Shown: positions 27,648-39,830, numbered from the stretch's first letter. The stretch: DNA of 64,000 nucleotides from an uncultured Pseudobdellovibrionaceae bacterium (GCA_964611335.1 CAZSXR010000001.1:382993-446992); one strand, 5' to 3'. The notes: generated by a model not told the origin, from the letters alone. Made by a program: numbers and translations.

Positions 27648-28688
27648 TTATTTCGAAGAATCAAATCCGGCAGAGCGTTGAGAACGCACAAGGTCTTGAA
27701 CGTGAAGCGAGTGCTCTTTGAAGTTCGAAGAGAAGTGGTGTTTCTTTTCTGCACCCGGAATGAGTACAAAATAATAATAACCCTCACTTGTAGGGTTGAA
27801 CACCGCTTCCAAAGAAGCCAAGGAAGGTGAGGCTATAGGAGTCGGAGGCAAACCTTTGTGAATCCTTGAGTTGTAGGGATTCTTTTCATTTTGGAGGTCT
27901 GCCCATGTGAGGTTTCCATTAAAGTTCGGAATTCCATAAATTAATGTGGAGTCAATCCCTAAAGGACTTCCTGCTTTGAGTCGTCTCCAAATCACTTCTG
28001 CAATTTTTGAACGTTCGTCATTTTGTGCGGTTTCTTTTTCAATCAGAGAAGCAAAGCTAACCCATTGTTCGAGAGTAAGATCAAACTCTTTAAGCTTATC
28101 TTCATAGTGGGAAGGAAGACGATTGAAAAATTCCCGTATGGGCTTTTCATACGCTTCTTCAGGTGTTGGTTTTTTATGGAAAAATTTATAGGTAGCGGGA
28201 AATAGAAATCCTTCTAGTACAGGAATCCCCATTTTTTCAAACCAGGCATGATCCGTTTCCAGTTTTTTAAAGTCTTCCTCCGTCCCTAGTTCTAAAGAAA
28301 TCAGGTGCGCTCGAACTTGCGCTACAGTCGCACCTTCAGGAATAGTAAATTCTAACGCCAGTGGATTATAAGTTTTCCCCTCGACCATAGTACGGATGAT
28401 TTCTTGAGGACTCACTTTGTCTACAAACCGGTAAAGTCCTGCAAGAAAGTGTTCATAACTACGTTCGTGGTATTTCACCCAGAGATGAAAGAAGAGCGCA
28501 TTTTGAATCAAACCCTTGTTCTTAAGATCTTCTGAAAGAGAACGAAGGCTTTCCCCCTTAGTCAGTTCTACTAGAACTTCTCCCTCAATATTTACAGGGT
28601 GTTTAGCCCAAGAAGAAAGGTAGTAGATCGTGTAAGAGCTAAACACGAGACCTAAAAAAACGAGAATAATGAGGATTCTAGACTTCAT
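27648..28688 (-). CDS. mltG: endolytic murein transglycosylase MltG (YceG family)
   Basis: N-terminal TM; NPYNSRIHKGLPPTPIASPSLASLEAVFNP is the YceG signature. I chose the start at 28688 to avoid overlap with fumC. Confidence 0.85.
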   Translation of the reverse strand: MKSRILIILVFLGLVFSSYTIYYLSSWAKHPVNIEGEVLVELTKGESLRSLSEDLKNKGLIQNALFFHLWVKYHERSYEHFLAGLYRFVDKVSPQEIIRTMVEGKTYNPLALEFTIPEGATVAQVRAHLISLELGTEEDFKKLETDHAWFEKMGIPVLEGFLFPATYKFFHKKPTPEEAYEKPIREFFNRLPSHYEDKLKEFDLTLEQWVSFASLIEKETAQNDERSKIAEVIWRRLKAGSPLGIDSTLIYGIPNFNGNLTWADLQNEKNPYNSRIHKGLPPTPIASPSLASLEAVFNPTSEGYYYFVLIPGAEKKHHFSSNFKEHSLHVQDLVRSQRSAGFDSSK

Positions 28689-28695
28689 TTTTCGA

Positions 28696-30075
28696 TTATA
28701 CCATATCTTCCGGTCGGACGTACTTGTCGAAGTCTTCCCCACTAAGATAGCCTAATGCTATCGCAGCAGTACGAAGGGTTGAGTTATCTTTGTAGGCACG
28801 TTTGGCAATTTCAGCTGCCTTATCATATCCCACTATAGGATTTAATGCTGTGACGAGCATAAGGGAGTTTTTTAAATGCATCTGAATGCGTTCTTTGTCG
28901 GGTTCTATGCCTTTGACACAGTGTTCTGTGAAACTCTCTATGGAATCGGAAAGCAAACGTATAGATTCCAAAACATTATGAATGATGACAGGTTTGTAAA
29001 CATTCAACTCGAAGTTTCCTGAGCTTCCTGCAAGACTCACCGTCACATCATTTCCCAGGACTTGTGTGCAGACCATGGTCAAAGCTTCACATTGAGTAGG
29101 ATTCACCTTACCAGGCATGATGGAAGATCCAGGCTCATTTGCGGGAATGATAATCTCACCCAATCCACATCGGGGACCACTTGCAAGCCATCTTACATCA
29201 TTGGCAATTTTCATCATTGCACAAGCTAAAGTTTTTAATGCTCCGTGCGTTGATACCAAAGCATCATGAGCTGCAAGCCCCGCAAATTTATTTGCAGCAG
29301 TGACAAATGGAAAATTTGTTAGGTTTCGGATTTTTTCTGCAACGAGTGTAGCATATTTAGGATGAGTGTTGAGTCCTGTGCCGACAGCTGTTCCTCCCAG
29401 AGCCAGTTCGTAAAGACCGTCGAGGGAAAGTTCACATTGTTTTTTTGCAAAGCGTACTTGTGCAGCCCATCCGCTGATCTCTTGTCCTAAAGTCAGTGGA
29501 GTTGCATCCATGAGATGGGTTCGCCCTATTTTAATGATTTTCGCATTAGCTTTTGCTTTAGTATCCAGTGTTTTGATCAACTCCTCACAAGCAGGGAGCA
29601 AAGTTTCCTGAATCGCGCAAACAGTTGCAATATGCATGTAGGTTGGAAAAGCATCGTTGGAAGATTGTGACTTGTTGACATCGTCATTAGGATGCACCGG
29701 TTTTTTAGATCCAAGTACTCCTCCAGCGAGTTCAATAGCCCGGTTTGCAATGACTTCGTTGGCATTCATGTTGGACTGAGTTCCCGATCCTGTTTGCCAG
29801 ACCACAAGGGGAAAATGTTCATCAAGCTTTCCTGCGATAACTTCGTCGCTCGCTTTGCAGATAAGATCGCATAATTCCTTATTCAGGATTCCTAGCTCGT
29901 TATTCGTAAGAGCTGCTGCTTTTTTAACAATGCCCATGGCTTTAATCATGGAACGGGGGAATCGATGCCCTCCAATTTTGAAATTTTCAAGTGAACGCTG
30001 GGTTTGTGCACCCCAATACTGGTTTTTTGCAACTTTGATCTCACCGATTGAATCTTTTTCTATACGAAATTCCAC
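28696..30075 (-). CDS. fumC: class II fumarate hydratase
   Basis: [16 protein letters not shown] signature. 459 aa. Confidence 0.95.
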   Translation of the reverse strand: MEFRIEKDSIGEIKVAKNQYWGAQTQRSLENFKIGGHRFPRSMIKAMGIVKKAAALTNNELGILNKELCDLICKASDEVIAGKLDEHFPLVVWQTGSGTQSNMNANEVIANRAIELAGGVLGSKKPVHPNDDVNKSQSSNDAFPTYMHIATVCAIQETLLPACEELIKTLDTKAKANAKIIKIGRTHLMDATPLTLGQEISGWAAQVRFAKKQCELSLDGLYELALGGTAVGTGLNTHPKYATLVAEKIRNLTNFPFVTAANKFAGLAAHDALVSTHGALKTLACAMMKIANDVRWLASGPRCGLGEIIIPANEPGSSIMPGKVNPTQCEALTMVCTQVLGNDVTVSLAGSSGNFELNVYKPVIIHNVLESIRLLSDSIESFTEHCVKGIEPDKERIQMHLKNSLMLVTALNPIVGYDKAAEIAKRAYKDNSTLRTAAIALGYLSGEDFDKYVRPEDMV

Positions 30076-30154
30076 AGGATTTTCCTTATGACAAGTTCGG
30101 TGAATATTTTAACTGGGGACGGAGCTCAAGGACATGAAAAAAAAGGGACTATAA

Positions 30155-31519
30155 TTAAGCGAGTTCTTTCACTTCGCGTCGACGGCCTTTAAGAACCATA
30201 CGGAGAGGAACATGAGTAAAGCCCAACTCGCGACGGAAGCCATGCACCATGTACCGACGATAAGCAGGGATCACTGCGCGGGCACAGTTGCAGCGTACAA
30301 TCAAAGTAGGAGGCGTGCCGTAAGCCTGAGTCGCATCATGGAATGTAGGATCAGGAATATTTGTTCCTTTCAAATGAGGAGGGTGGGCACTGATGATTTT
30401 TTCAAGTGCCATATTGAGTTCAGCTTTGTCTATGCGCTTAGACATCTGTTCTTGAAGTTCAACCACGCATTCCATAATTTGATGAACGCGTTTGTTTTCC
30501 AAGCAAGATAGGAAATGAACAGGAAGGTACGCATGATCCCCCAACTGTCTTGCAAGATTTTCTTTGTAGTCTCGCATAGTGTTCGAAGTCTTATCAGGAA
30601 CCAAATCCCATTTGTTCACAAGAATTAAAACCAATTTACCACGTTCAATTGCTAAATTGATCAGTCGAGAATCTTGGTCTGTTAGACCTTCCATCGCATC
30701 GAGGACAAGCAAGACCATATCCGCTTTCTGAATAGCACTCAAACTGCGTATCACACTTTGTTCTTCAATGAACTCTTCAATACGAGCCTTGCGACGAATT
30801 CCTGCGGTATCTATAAGAACGTAGGGTTTTGCTTTGTATTTAAAATTTGTGTGAATGCTGTCGCGTGTTGTTCCCGCAAGAGGTGTAACCAAGCTGCGGT
30901 CTTCTCCTAAAATACGATTGAGCAACGAAGATTTTCCAACGTTTGGACGACCGATCAAAGCCAGTTTGAGTCCGTCTGGAATGATTGCAGTTTTGTGTGT
31001 GAGACCCTGCATCTCCGTGCGCATAAGATCTTTGAGTTCCCAAAGGCCTTTGCCATGCGCAGCACAGATAGAAAGGAAATCATTGATTCCCAGTTTAGTA
31101 AATTCCCACAGGCCATATTCATCTTTGGGCGCATCCACTTTGTTGACAATGCAATGCACACGCTTTTGATTGGCTCGGAGGAATTGCATGATTTCGAAAT
31201 CATGCGGGTGTAAACCAACCTTCGCATCCAATACGAAGAGAATGAGGTCTGCTTCAAGAATTGCAAGTTTAGTCTGTTCCCAGATGCGCTCTGCAAACTG
31301 GTGGATATCTTGAGTCTCAGCAACTTTTTTTTCAAACCCACCTGTATCGATAAGAATCAGGCTTTCTCCATCTTCGTAGGAAACTTTTCCATAAAGCCGA
31401 TCGCGTGTGACGCCCGGTTCAGGACTGACAATCGCAGTCTTCGAACGTGTCAAACTATTGAAGAGAGTGGATTTACCCACATTAGGTCTACCGACGATAG
31501 CTACAAGTCCGCTTAACAT
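30155..31519 (-). CDS. der: ribosome-associated GTPase Der/EngA (tandem GTPase domains)
   Basis: Two G1 motifs (GRPNVGKSTLFN and GRPNVGKSSLLN) plus a KH-like C-terminus. Confidence 0.93.
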   Translation of the reverse strand: MLSGLVAIVGRPNVGKSTLFNSLTRSKTAIVSPEPGVTRDRLYGKVSYEDGESLILIDTGGFEKKVAETQDIHQFAERIWEQTKLAILEADLILFVLDAKVGLHPHDFEIMQFLRANQKRVHCIVNKVDAPKDEYGLWEFTKLGINDFLSICAAHGKGLWELKDLMRTEMQGLTHKTAIIPDGLKLALIGRPNVGKSSLLNRILGEDRSLVTPLAGTTRDSIHTNFKYKAKPYVLIDTAGIRRKARIEEFIEEQSVIRSLSAIQKADMVLLVLDAMEGLTDQDSRLINLAIERGKLVLILVNKWDLVPDKTSNTMRDYKENLARQLGDHAYLPVHFLSCLENKRVHQIMECVVELQEQMSKRIDKAELNMALEKIISAHPPHLKGTNIPDPTFHDATQAYGTPPTLIVRCNCARAVIPAYRRYMVHGFRRELGFTHVPLRMVLKGRRREVKELA

Positions 31520-32295
31520 AATTCTTCAACCTTTTTCAAAACGGGAAACGTTTCCAAGACTAATTTCGCTGCTGCTTGTGAAGCCCTTTTCTTGCTGCTC
31601 CCATCAGCTTCTGCAAGAGTTTGCCCATCAAATACCACAGCAACACGGAAAGTTTTTGCGTGGTCAGGACCTTTTTCTTCAAGAGTCACATACTGAGGAA
31701 CTTTCTGATAACGACCTTGGAAAAGTTCCTGCAAGCGTGTCTTGGCATCCTGCACATCTTCATCAATGGGGAAAAATTCAGTGAACCAGGTTTGCACATG
31801 CTCCGAGACACAGTCATAGGAACTATCAAGGTACATCGCTCCAATCAGAGCTTCCAAGGCGTCAGCTAGAAGTGAGGGGCGTAGGTGGCTTTCCACCTTC
31901 TTCTCCACTCGACCCACGGTTAAGCAGTTGTGAAGACCTAGATGCTTGGCAAGCCTTGCAAGGCTTGCTTCGCTCACGAGAGAGGCTTTTACTTGTGAAA
32001 GTTGGCCTTCATCGAGGCTTTCTCTTTGCCAAAGTAGGCTGGAAATAATAAGCCCCAGAACCGAATCACCTAAAAATTCAAGGCGTTCGTTCCAAGGCAA
32101 AGGATTTTTTTCTTTAGTTGTCAGAGGATGTAGAATTGCGGACCTATGGACCATAGCCTCATACAGAAAGCTTCGGTCTTGGAAGGTATAAGCAATTTTT
32201 GCTTCTAAAATAGATAGTTGTGCATGTTCTTCAGGATAGTTTTCCCAAAAAATGCGCCACTTATCTTCTAATATGTCCAAATTCTCTATGCTCAT
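31513..32295 (-). CDS. rnc: ribonuclease III
   Basis: ERLEFLGDSVL catalytic signature and a C-terminal dsRBD. Confidence 0.92.
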   Translation of the reverse strand: MSIENLDILEDKWRIFWENYPEEHAQLSILEAKIAYTFQDRSFLYEAMVHRSAILHPLTTKEKNPLPWNERLEFLGDSVLGLIISSLLWQRESLDEGQLSQVKASLVSEASLARLAKHLGLHNCLTVGRVEKKVESHLRPSLLADALEALIGAMYLDSSYDCVSEHVQTWFTEFFPIDEDVQDAKTRLQELFQGRYQKVPQYVTLEEKGPDHAKTFRVAVVFDGQTLAEADGSSKKRASQAAAKLVLETFPVLKKVEELC

Positions 32296-32389
32296 AATCT
32301 TCTTTATTTGGCTTACCGGAATGGAAGACGAAGATAGCTTATGGTGCGTTTGGGGGCAAGACCTTTGGCGGAATTAGAGACGGAAAGTC

Positions 32390-32557
32390 CTACTTCACCA
32401 ATTTGGCTTCTTTAAATTCTACATGCTTACGAACTTTTGGATCGTATTTCTTCAAAACAAGCTTTTCTTTGCCCTTAAGCTTTTGTGTTGTGTAGAAGTA
32501 GCCAGTGTTGGCTGTAGAAACGAGCTTAATTTTTTCTCTGCGTTGTGATCTTGCCAT
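32390..32557 (-). CDS. rpmG: 50S ribosomal protein L33
   Basis: [53 protein letters not shown]. Start taken at the internal ATG at 32557. Confidence 0.9.
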   Translation of the reverse strand: MARSQRREKIKLVSTANTGYFYTTQKLKGKEKLVLKKYDPKVRKHVEFKEAKLVK

Positions 32558-32695
32558 TATAGGTTCCTTTTCTTCTCTTTGTTTTCGAAACTGCAATTTA
32601 AATGCAAATTTTGCTTAGTGCCAGAGCTTTTTCACTTTGCAGCTCTCACGTTAAAATGAAAGGTGGATGGAAGTCGTTCCACCGTCATTAAAAGG

Positions 32696-34252
32696 ATGGA
32701 ACTGATGCAAGCACGAAAGCACGTTCTCGGTGTCCTACTAGCCTGTTCCTCTTACTTTATTTGCCAGAAAGTGAGTCTGGCAAGCTCTTTCAACCTTGAT
32801 AGGGAAGAAGAACTGCTCTCGAGTGTTCGGCGCTCTATAGTCAAAATAAACGCTGTTCGCCAAGACCTAGACTTCTCAAACCCTTGGCACTTTTCTCCGA
32901 GCCGCGCAGTTTCTGGTAGTGGTTTTTACGTAGGTAGCGGTCGTCTCATTACCAATGCCCATGTTGTTTCGAATGCCAGATTTATCACTGTTCAGAAGGA
33001 CGGAGACCCCCGTCAATATAATGCCGTCGTGGAATTTATTGCCCATGATTGTGATCTGGCTGTCCTTCATGTTCATGACAAGGCATTTTTTGCTGGGCTC
33101 AAACCCCTGAGTTTGGGTGAAGTTCCCAAGCTCCGTTCTCCCGTTTCCACCGTGGGGTACCCCGCAGGGGGTGAGCAAATTGCGGTGACGAAGGGGATTG
33201 TCTCACGCATTGACTACAGTTTGTACGTTCATACGGATTATCACTATCACCTCTTAGTTCAGGTGGATTCAGCTATCAATCCCGGAGCAAGTGGAGGACC
33301 TGTTTTACAAAATGGGAAAGTAGTAGGAGTTGCTTTTCAGGCTTTTAGAGCTGGAGAAAATATTGGGTACATCATTCCTGTACCCGTCATTAAACGTTTC
33401 TTGAAAGATATAGCTTCCGGTTTTTATAGAGGTCATCCTGAAACAGGTTTTTCAGGACGACCTTGGGTTATGGATAACGAAGGTGCTGCACTCTATTACG
33501 GAACTCATGAAGGCTACAAACTGACGGAAGTTGCAGAATGGTCTGCTTATAAAGATCTTTTTCGAGAAGGTGATATTCTTCTTCAAATTGATGGCCAGCG
33601 TATTGGTCCGGATGGAAATATTTCTTTTTATGGAGAAAGGATTTCTTTCTTCTCTCTTTTTGATCTCAAACTGATTGGAGAAAAAGTTCATTTCAAATTG
33701 AAACGTGCTGAAAAAATAATGGATGTGGAATTCACTATTCAGGCTCCTACAGATCATCCCTTTGCAGGTCTCACTTACAAGAAGCATCCTCGTTACTTAG
33801 TTGTAGGTGGTTTGGTGTTTACAGAGTTTACTCAGAGTTATTTGCAAACGTGGGGAGATGATTGGATACGTAAGATTCCCGTCTTTTTAAGATACGTATT
33901 CAGTCATAGTGATGAAGATGAACGTATGAAAAAAATCCGTTCTTTTGTGATTATCACACGCAGACTTCCTCATGAAATCAATCAATATGCTGAAAATTTT
34001 CAGAATGCGGTGGTGTCAAAAGTTAATGGTGCCGAAATTTTTTCTTTCCAAGATTTTCAACATGAGATGAAAAATCTGAATAAAAAATTTCTTAGAATTG
34101 ATTTTTTTGATAGAGAGGAAGCTCTTTATCTTCCTGTAAAAGGTGTGGAGGAAAGTTACAAAGATATAAGCGATAGTTATGGTGTAAATCCAGACTTTTG
34201 GTTCGACTCTCAAACGGATGGAGCCATAAGTTGGGAAGAAGGGCAGCGATGA
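32696..34252 (+). CDS. S1C (Deg/HtrA-type) serine protease, Deg9-like architecture
   Basis: Triad contexts ITNAHVV (His), HDCDLAVLHV (Asp) and NPGASGGPV (Ser), plus YIIPVPVIKRFLKDI. Signal or TM at the N-terminus. Confidence 0.8.
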   Translation: MELMQARKHVLGVLLACSSYFICQKVSLASSFNLDREEELLSSVRRSIVKINAVRQDLDFSNPWHFSPSRAVSGSGFYVGSGRLITNAHVVSNARFITVQKDGDPRQYNAVVEFIAHDCDLAVLHVHDKAFFAGLKPLSLGEVPKLRSPVSTVGYPAGGEQIAVTKGIVSRIDYSLYVHTDYHYHLLVQVDSAINPGASGGPVLQNGKVVGVAFQAFRAGENIGYIIPVPVIKRFLKDIASGFYRGHPETGFSGRPWVMDNEGAALYYGTHEGYKLTEVAEWSAYKDLFREGDILLQIDGQRIGPDGNISFYGERISFFSLFDLKLIGEKVHFKLKRAEKIMDVEFTIQAPTDHPFAGLTYKKHPRYLVVGGLVFTEFTQSYLQTWGDDWIRKIPVFLRYVFSHSDEDERMKKIRSFVIITRRLPHEINQYAENFQNAVVSKVNGAEIFSFQDFQHEMKNLNKKFLRIDFFDREEALYLPVKGVEESYKDISDSYGVNPDFWFDSQTDGAISWEEGQR

Positions 34253-35739
34253 AAAATTTTATTATTTTGATGCTTTCTATTTCAAACACAGTTTATGCGC
34301 AGCAAGTCTCAGCTATGCGTCGTTCTCTTGTCAAAATTTTTGTTCATAAACAAGAAATGGATGAACATGAGCCTTGGAAAAGTGGAAGAGTACTTACCGA
34401 AGAACACACAGGAACTGTCGTAGGATTTAATAACAATACAGAAAAAGGAATTCTTGTAAAAGGGAGCAGCCTTTCTTTTGCTAAACGCATTGAGATGCAA
34501 ACCATAACAGGTGGTACTCGTGTGGAACTCACTCCTCGTTTTATAGATCACGAAATGAATCTTGCAATTTTGGAAGCTCCTGCTTCGGATGCTTTGGAAC
34601 ATCTCAAACCCATTCTAGTTTCAAACCAGGAACTTTCCATAGAGGAGGAAGTTTATCTTTTTAAAATCGATGGTGATTCTATGATTTCTCGAGTGCGCAG
34701 TTCTCTGAGAGAGGTGAATACAGGTGAACGATTTGATACGAGTTCCTATCCGACTGTGAATTACATTTTTAAAGTTCCAAGAAAAGATTTGGGTGCTTCG
34801 GAACCAGTTATCTCTAGAGGGCGTGTCGTGGGTCTTGCTGTTGCAGAAGATGATGAAGATAACATTCATGTAATTCCGAGTTCTTTGATTTATCACTTTT
34901 TGAACGATGACCTAGGAGATAATTACAAAGGTTTTCCAACAGCAGGTATAAGTTACATCCATTTAACCTCTCCTTACGCTCGTGAGGCGTTAGGATTGGA
35001 TGGTACAAAAGATGGTGTCTTGATTAACAAAGTGAGTCCTCAAAGTCCATTTTACGGAAAGATTCAAGAAAATGATTTGCTTTTAGAAATCAATGGTAAA
35101 CGCATAAGTTCTAAAGGAACTTTCTCACATCCTGTTTGGGGTGAGCTTTCTGCTAGTACTATTTTGTATCATCACTATGCAGGGGATGAGGTGGAGATTG
35201 AAGTTCTCAGAAATAAAAAATTAGAAACAATTAAAGGAATTCTTAAACGTCATAATTCCAATTTGAATCGAATCCCTTACTATCACCATGATGGAACAAC
35301 TCCGTATCTCATCGTCGGTGGTCTTGTGATGCAAGAATTGACAAGACCTTATCTTCGATCATGGGGGAAAAATTGGTTGGGAGATGTTCCATCTGCTTTT
35401 TCGTATCTATGGGTATTTAAAAATTTTATACCTGAAAAACCTGAACGCATTATTATTCTAAATCAAGTCCTCGCTGATCCTATAAATAAGGGGTATGAAA
35501 GTATAAGCAATGTCATCATAAAAACTGTAAACTCAGTTCCTATCCACTCTCTATTAGATCTAGAAAATGCGTTTGAGAAACCTGTTCTTAAAAACAATGA
35601 ATTTTTTGCACAAATTGGTTTAGATTATGGAGAAGGGATGATCATCCTTCCCATGAAAGAATTGAAGAAAGCTCACGAGAGGATTGCTTCCAGTTACGGT
35701 GTTTACGACAAAGAATCTTTTTTCGCCTGGAAGCAATAA
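34249..35739 (+). CDS. Deg-like paralog with degenerate catalytic triad (probable pseudoprotease)
   Basis: Same overall layout as the upstream gene, but the His context reads LVKGSSLSF, the Asp context reads EMNLAILEA, and the Ser box is GASEPV. ATGA start/stop overlap with the upstream gene. Confidence 0.65.
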   Translation: MKNFIILMLSISNTVYAQQVSAMRRSLVKIFVHKQEMDEHEPWKSGRVLTEEHTGTVVGFNNNTEKGILVKGSSLSFAKRIEMQTITGGTRVELTPRFIDHEMNLAILEAPASDALEHLKPILVSNQELSIEEEVYLFKIDGDSMISRVRSSLREVNTGERFDTSSYPTVNYIFKVPRKDLGASEPVISRGRVVGLAVAEDDEDNIHVIPSSLIYHFLNDDLGDNYKGFPTAGISYIHLTSPYAREALGLDGTKDGVLINKVSPQSPFYGKIQENDLLLEINGKRISSKGTFSHPVWGELSASTILYHHYAGDEVEIEVLRNKKLETIKGILKRHNSNLNRIPYYHHDGTTPYLIVGGLVMQELTRPYLRSWGKNWLGDVPSAFSYLWVFKNFIPEKPERIIILNQVLADPINKGYESISNVIIKTVNSVPIHSLLDLENAFEKPVLKNNEFFAQIGLDYGEGMIILPMKELKKAHERIASSYGVYDKESFFAWKQ

Positions 35740-35748
35740 GGTACCAGA

Positions 35749-38295
35749 TCAGTGTGCAACAATGTCTGTATAAACATAAGGTTTAGGCATCTGTGTTGAC
35801 TTCGCTAGTCTCTGATAGAGATCATCCTGGGATTTTTGCTCCGACCACACCAAAGCATGCAGAAGAACTTCATCCATATGTTCCACAGGAATAAACTCAA
35901 TTTCTTTAACTATCGTTTTAGGAATGTCCAACATGTCTTTGATGTTGTCTTTGGGGAAAAGAATTTTCTTAATCCCAGCTCGGTGAGCAGCTAGGAATTT
36001 TTCTTTTAACCCACCTACAGGCAGAGCCCTTCCCCTCAAAGTGATTTCACCAGTCATAGCCACTTCGTGATTTACAGGTTTAGAAGTCAAAGCACTTGCC
36101 AGGGCTGTAGCAATACACAAGCCCGCAGAAGGCCCATCTTTAGGAATGGCTCCTTCGGGAACGTGGATGTGTATGTCAATTTTTTGATAGAAATCCTCTT
36201 CCAATCCTAGAAAGATAGCGCGTGATCGAATGTAACTCAAAGCTGCTTGTGCAGACTCTTGCATGACTTCACCCAGTTTTCCTGTGATGGTGAGTTTCCC
36301 CTTACCAGGTAGTATGGTGACTTCTGCAAAGAGCAAATCTCCTCCCGAAGGAGTCCATGCAAGTCCGGTGCATATCCCAACTTCTTTTTTATCCGCCTGT
36401 TTCCCAATGCGGTAACGATGTGGTCCCAAATACTGTTCAACGAGTTTTGGTGTAACCTGTTCTTTGATTTTTAAAAGTTCTTTATCGAAGATAACCGTTT
36501 TAGGCTCTTTAGCACTTTCTTTTTCACTCTTGGAAGCATTTGCAGGGTCACTAAGGCCTAGGCTTTTTCTCTGTTCTTTTTCTAAATTTTGAATGTGTTT
36601 GCGAGTTATCTTTCTAAAGATAGATGCCAATTCCCTTTCAAGATGTCGTACACCCGCTTCTCGTGTGTAGTAACGGATAACATCCAGTATGCTTTTGCTT
36701 TGGAAGACGATGTTTTGACCTTCGAGCCCATTTTCTTTGAGTTGTTTAGGAATAAGATAGCGTGTGGCAATCTCTAACTTTTCATTTTCGGTGTAACCTG
36801 AAAGATTGATGCACTCCATTCTATCGAGAAGTGGAGCAGGAATACCGTCATAGGAGTTTGCCGTAGCAATAAAAAGGACTTTCGAAAGGTCAAAATCAAG
36901 GTCTAGGTAGTGATCATTGAATCGGTTATTCTGCTCTGGGTCTAGAACTTCCAATAGAGCTGCTGCAGGGTCTCCTCGGTAGTCAGTGCCGAGTTTGTCT
37001 ACTTCGTCGAGAAGCATGAGGGGATTTGCAGAGCCTGCTTTTTTTAAGGAGAGGATGATGCGACCTGGCATGGAGCCTATGTAAGTTTTTCTGTGCCCTC
37101 GAATTTCAGCATGGTCTCGAACTCCTCCTAGAGAGATGCGCACAAATTTTCGACCGAGGGATTCTGCAATGCTTCGAGCAAGGGAAGTTTTTCCAACACC
37201 TGGTGGTCCCACTAAACAGAGTATGGGGCTTTTAATTCCCTCTGACATTTGTCGTACTGCGAGGTATTCTAGTATCCGTTCTTTAATTTTCTCTAGGCCA
37301 AAATGATCTCTATTTAAAATTCCCTCTGCATAGACAAGGTCACTTATGTCTTTGGTATATTCACCCCAAGGAAGAGCAAGTGCGGTTTCAATATAATTGC
37401 GAACAACTGTAGCTTCAGCAGACATAGGTGACATCTGCTTGAGTTTTTTCAATTCGCGGGATAGTTTTTCGCGGGCTTCTTCAGAGAGAGGTCTTTTGGC
37501 AATCTGCTCTTCCATTTCGTGAATCTCAGCTCTGCCATCATCTTTTTCACCTAACTCTTTTTGAATCGCAGCCATTTGTTCATTGAGATAGTACTCTTTT
37601 TGAGTTTTTTCCATCTGACGCTTAACACGTGCTCGAATTTTTTTCTCAACGCGGATGATTTCAATTTCGGATTGAATGAAACCATAAAGGGTTTCAAGTC
37701 TTTTTTGTGGACTGATCTCTTCGATCAATTTTTGTTTGTCTTCCAATTTCAAATTAGGAAGATGGGCTACCAGAGTATCTGATAATTTCGATTCGGATTC
37801 TATTTGAGCGACAGAAAGAAGCATTTCAGGCGGAACGCGTTTGTTCAAACGCACATAGTTATCAAAAGCCATTTTTACGGTGCGCATCAGTGCTTCATTT
37901 TCAACATCCGACTGTGGGGATTCATGAAGAATTTCGGCTTCCACCATAAAGAAACGTTCATTGGGAACATAGTTTAGAATTTTCGCCCGCTTTTGCCCTT
38001 CGACTAAAATCTTAACAGTTCCATCGGGAAGTCTGAGCAACTGTAAAATTGTAGACAAAGTCCCAACTGGATATATATCCTCAACTTCCGGATCGTTCGT
38101 CTTTGCTTTCTTTTGAGCGACAAGAAGTATCTCCTTGGAGCCTGCAATAGCATGCTCGAGCGCCTGGATAGACTTCTCTCGTCCAACAAAAAGCGGAACG
38201 ACAGTTCCCGGAAAGACGATAATGTCCCGCAAAGGCAACAACGGAACATTGATCGTACTCTTACTCTCACCACCCGTAAGTTCGTGGCTTGACAT
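35749..38295 (-). CDS. lon: ATP-dependent Lon protease
   Basis: [15 protein letters not shown]alker A and PKDGPSAG protease Ser box. ATG at 38295 preceded by a GGGGGGA SD. Confidence 0.95.
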   Translation of the reverse strand: MSSHELTGGESKSTINVPLLPLRDIIVFPGTVVPLFVGREKSIQALEHAIAGSKEILLVAQKKAKTNDPEVEDIYPVGTLSTILQLLRLPDGTVKILVEGQKRAKILNYVPNERFFMVEAEILHESPQSDVENEALMRTVKMAFDNYVRLNKRVPPEMLLSVAQIESESKLSDTLVAHLPNLKLEDKQKLIEEISPQKRLETLYGFIQSEIEIIRVEKKIRARVKRQMEKTQKEYYLNEQMAAIQKELGEKDDGRAEIHEMEEQIAKRPLSEEAREKLSRELKKLKQMSPMSAEATVVRNYIETALALPWGEYTKDISDLVYAEGILNRDHFGLEKIKERILEYLAVRQMSEGIKSPILCLVGPPGVGKTSLARSIAESLGRKFVRISLGGVRDHAEIRGHRKTYIGSMPGRIILSLKKAGSANPLMLLDEVDKLGTDYRGDPAAALLEVLDPEQNNRFNDHYLDLDFDLSKVLFIATANSYDGIPAPLLDRMECINLSGYTENEKLEIATRYLIPKQLKENGLEGQNIVFQSKSILDVIRYYTREAGVRHLERELASIFRKITRKHIQNLEKEQRKSLGLSDPANASKSEKESAKEPKTVIFDKELLKIKEQVTPKLVEQYLGPHRYRIGKQADKKEVGICTGLAWTPSGGDLLFAEVTILPGKGKLTITGKLGEVMQESAQAALSYIRSRAIFLGLEEDFYQKIDIHIHVPEGAIPKDGPSAGLCIATALASALTSKPVNHEVAMTGEITLRGRALPVGGLKEKFLAAHRAGIKKILFPKDNIKDMLDIPKTIVKEIEFIPVEHMDEVLLHALVWSEQKSQDDLYQRLAKSTQMPKPYVYTDIVAH

Positions 38296-38531
38296 GCTTA
38301 TCCCCCCCATAATAGGTAATAAAACCTTGTGGCATCCCGGAGGAAATGCAACGATTCCCACTTGTCATTTCGGTATCTTTAATAAATATTTTATCTTAAT
38401 TATCCGGAGCAGGCGAGCGACTCCTCAAGTAAAGAACATAATTGTAGACGGTACAAACCAAAGGAAAACATGATTCTCCTTGCAAGTCACCAGCATGCGA
38501 AAAACATGCTGCATACTAAGCCCACATATAT

Positions 38532-39830
38532 TTAAGGAGAAGAGGTTCCAGCGCCTCTTTTCTTCTTGGAACTCTCAGCATCTTCCTCACTCTTTTTCTC
38601 AGTAGAGTGGAATACAAGCATCGGTTCCGCACCTTTTTCTATGCTTTCTTCAGTAATAACGACTTCTTTCAAATCTTTGATGCTCGGCATTTCATACATG
38701 ATGTTAAGCATAGCTTCTTCAAGTATGGAACGAAGACCTCGAGCACCTGTTTTACGCTTGATAGCTTCTCTCACGACAGAACGAAGTGAACCTTCCGTGA
38801 ATTTAAGTTCGACGGATTCAAATCCAAAAAGCTTCTTAAATTGCTTCACAATGGCATTCTTCGGCTGAGTGAGAATTTTTATCAAAGTTTCTTCATCGAG
38901 TTCAGCAAGAGTACAAACAACAGGAAGTCGACCAATAAACTCAGGTATGAGACCGAATTTCATAAGATCTTCAGTCCGTACCTTTGGAAGCAAACTATTG
39001 AGTTGATCCTTTTTCTTCGACTTGATGTCAGCGCCAAAACCCATCGCTCCGGCTTCAAGACGTTGAGAAATAATATTCTCCAAACCTGTGAAGGCACCTC
39101 CACAGATAAAGAGGATATTCGTCGTATCGACTTGTAAGAATTCCTGTTGAGGATGTTTACGCCCGCCTCGAGGAGGGACGTTTGCAATAGTTCCTTCAAT
39201 GATTTTTAAAAGAGCTTGTTGAACACCCTCTCCCGAGACATCTCGGGTAATAGAAGGATTTTCACCCTTTCTCGCTATTTTGTCGATTTCATCTATGTAA
39301 GCAATGCCTCTTTGCGCAAGTTCCACATCGTAGTCTGCGGCTTGCAGAAGATTCAGAATGATGTTTTCAACGTCTTCTCCCACATAACCTGCTTCGGTGA
39401 GGTTCGTTGCATCTGCAATTGTAAAGGGAACATTCAAAATACGTGCGAGAGTTTGAGCAAGCAAAGTTTTACCGGTTCCCGTAGGACCAATAAGCAAAAT
39501 ATTGGACTTAGACAAGTCCACTTCGTCTTCTTTTTGATTCTTTGCATCTATGCGTTTGTAGTGGTTGTGAACAGCAACAGAAAGGGTCTTCTTTGCCTGT
39601 TCCTGTCCGATGATGTAATCATCTAAAATCCGTTTGATATCTTTAGGATCAGGAACCTTATCGTGCCGTTCAAGCACTTCTTCTTTTTCAACTTCCTCAG
39701 CAATGATGTCGTTACAAAGCTGGATACATTCGTCGCAAATGTATACATTTGGACCTGCGATCAGCTTCTTGACTTCGCGTTGACCTTTGCCACAGAAGCT
39801 GCAATGTAAACCAGTATCTTTCCCAGCCAT
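38532..39830 (-). CDS. clpX: ATP-dependent Clp protease ATP-binding subunit ClpX
   Basis: N-terminal zinc finger CSFCGK...[12 protein letters not shown] Walker A, and an IGF-type loop region. Confidence 0.95.
   Translation of the reverse strand: MAGKDTGLHCSFCGKGQREVKKLIAGPNVYICDECIQLCNDIIAEEVEKEEVLERHDKVPDPKDIKRILDDYIIGQEQAKKTLSVAVHNHYKRIDAKNQKEDEVDLSKSNILLIGPTGTGKTLLAQTLARILNVPFTIADATNLTEAGYVGEDVENIILNLLQAADYDVELAQRGIAYIDEIDKIARKGENPSITRDVSGEGVQQALLKIIEGTIANVPPRGGRKHPQQEFLQVDTTNILFICGGAFTGLENIISQRLEAGAMGFGADIKSKKKDQLNSLLPKVRTEDLMKFGLIPEFIGRLPVVCTLAELDEETLIKILTQPKNAIVKQFKKLFGFESVELKFTEGSLRSVVREAIKRKTGARGLRSILEEAMLNIMYEMPSIKDLKEVVITEESIEKGAEPMLVFHSTEKKSEEDAESSKKKRGAGTSSP

Noticed and set aside
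38296-38361. N-terminal extensions in the ORF track. These affect Lon (to 38361), E2 (to 44415), IHF (to 54798), L33 (to 32596), MltG (to 28742), the CDF (from 50625) and the second Deg gene (from 34198).
   Set aside because: The extensions overlap upstream genes or lack family-typical sequence. Internal ATGs with SD-like sequences give products matching the expected family N-termini.
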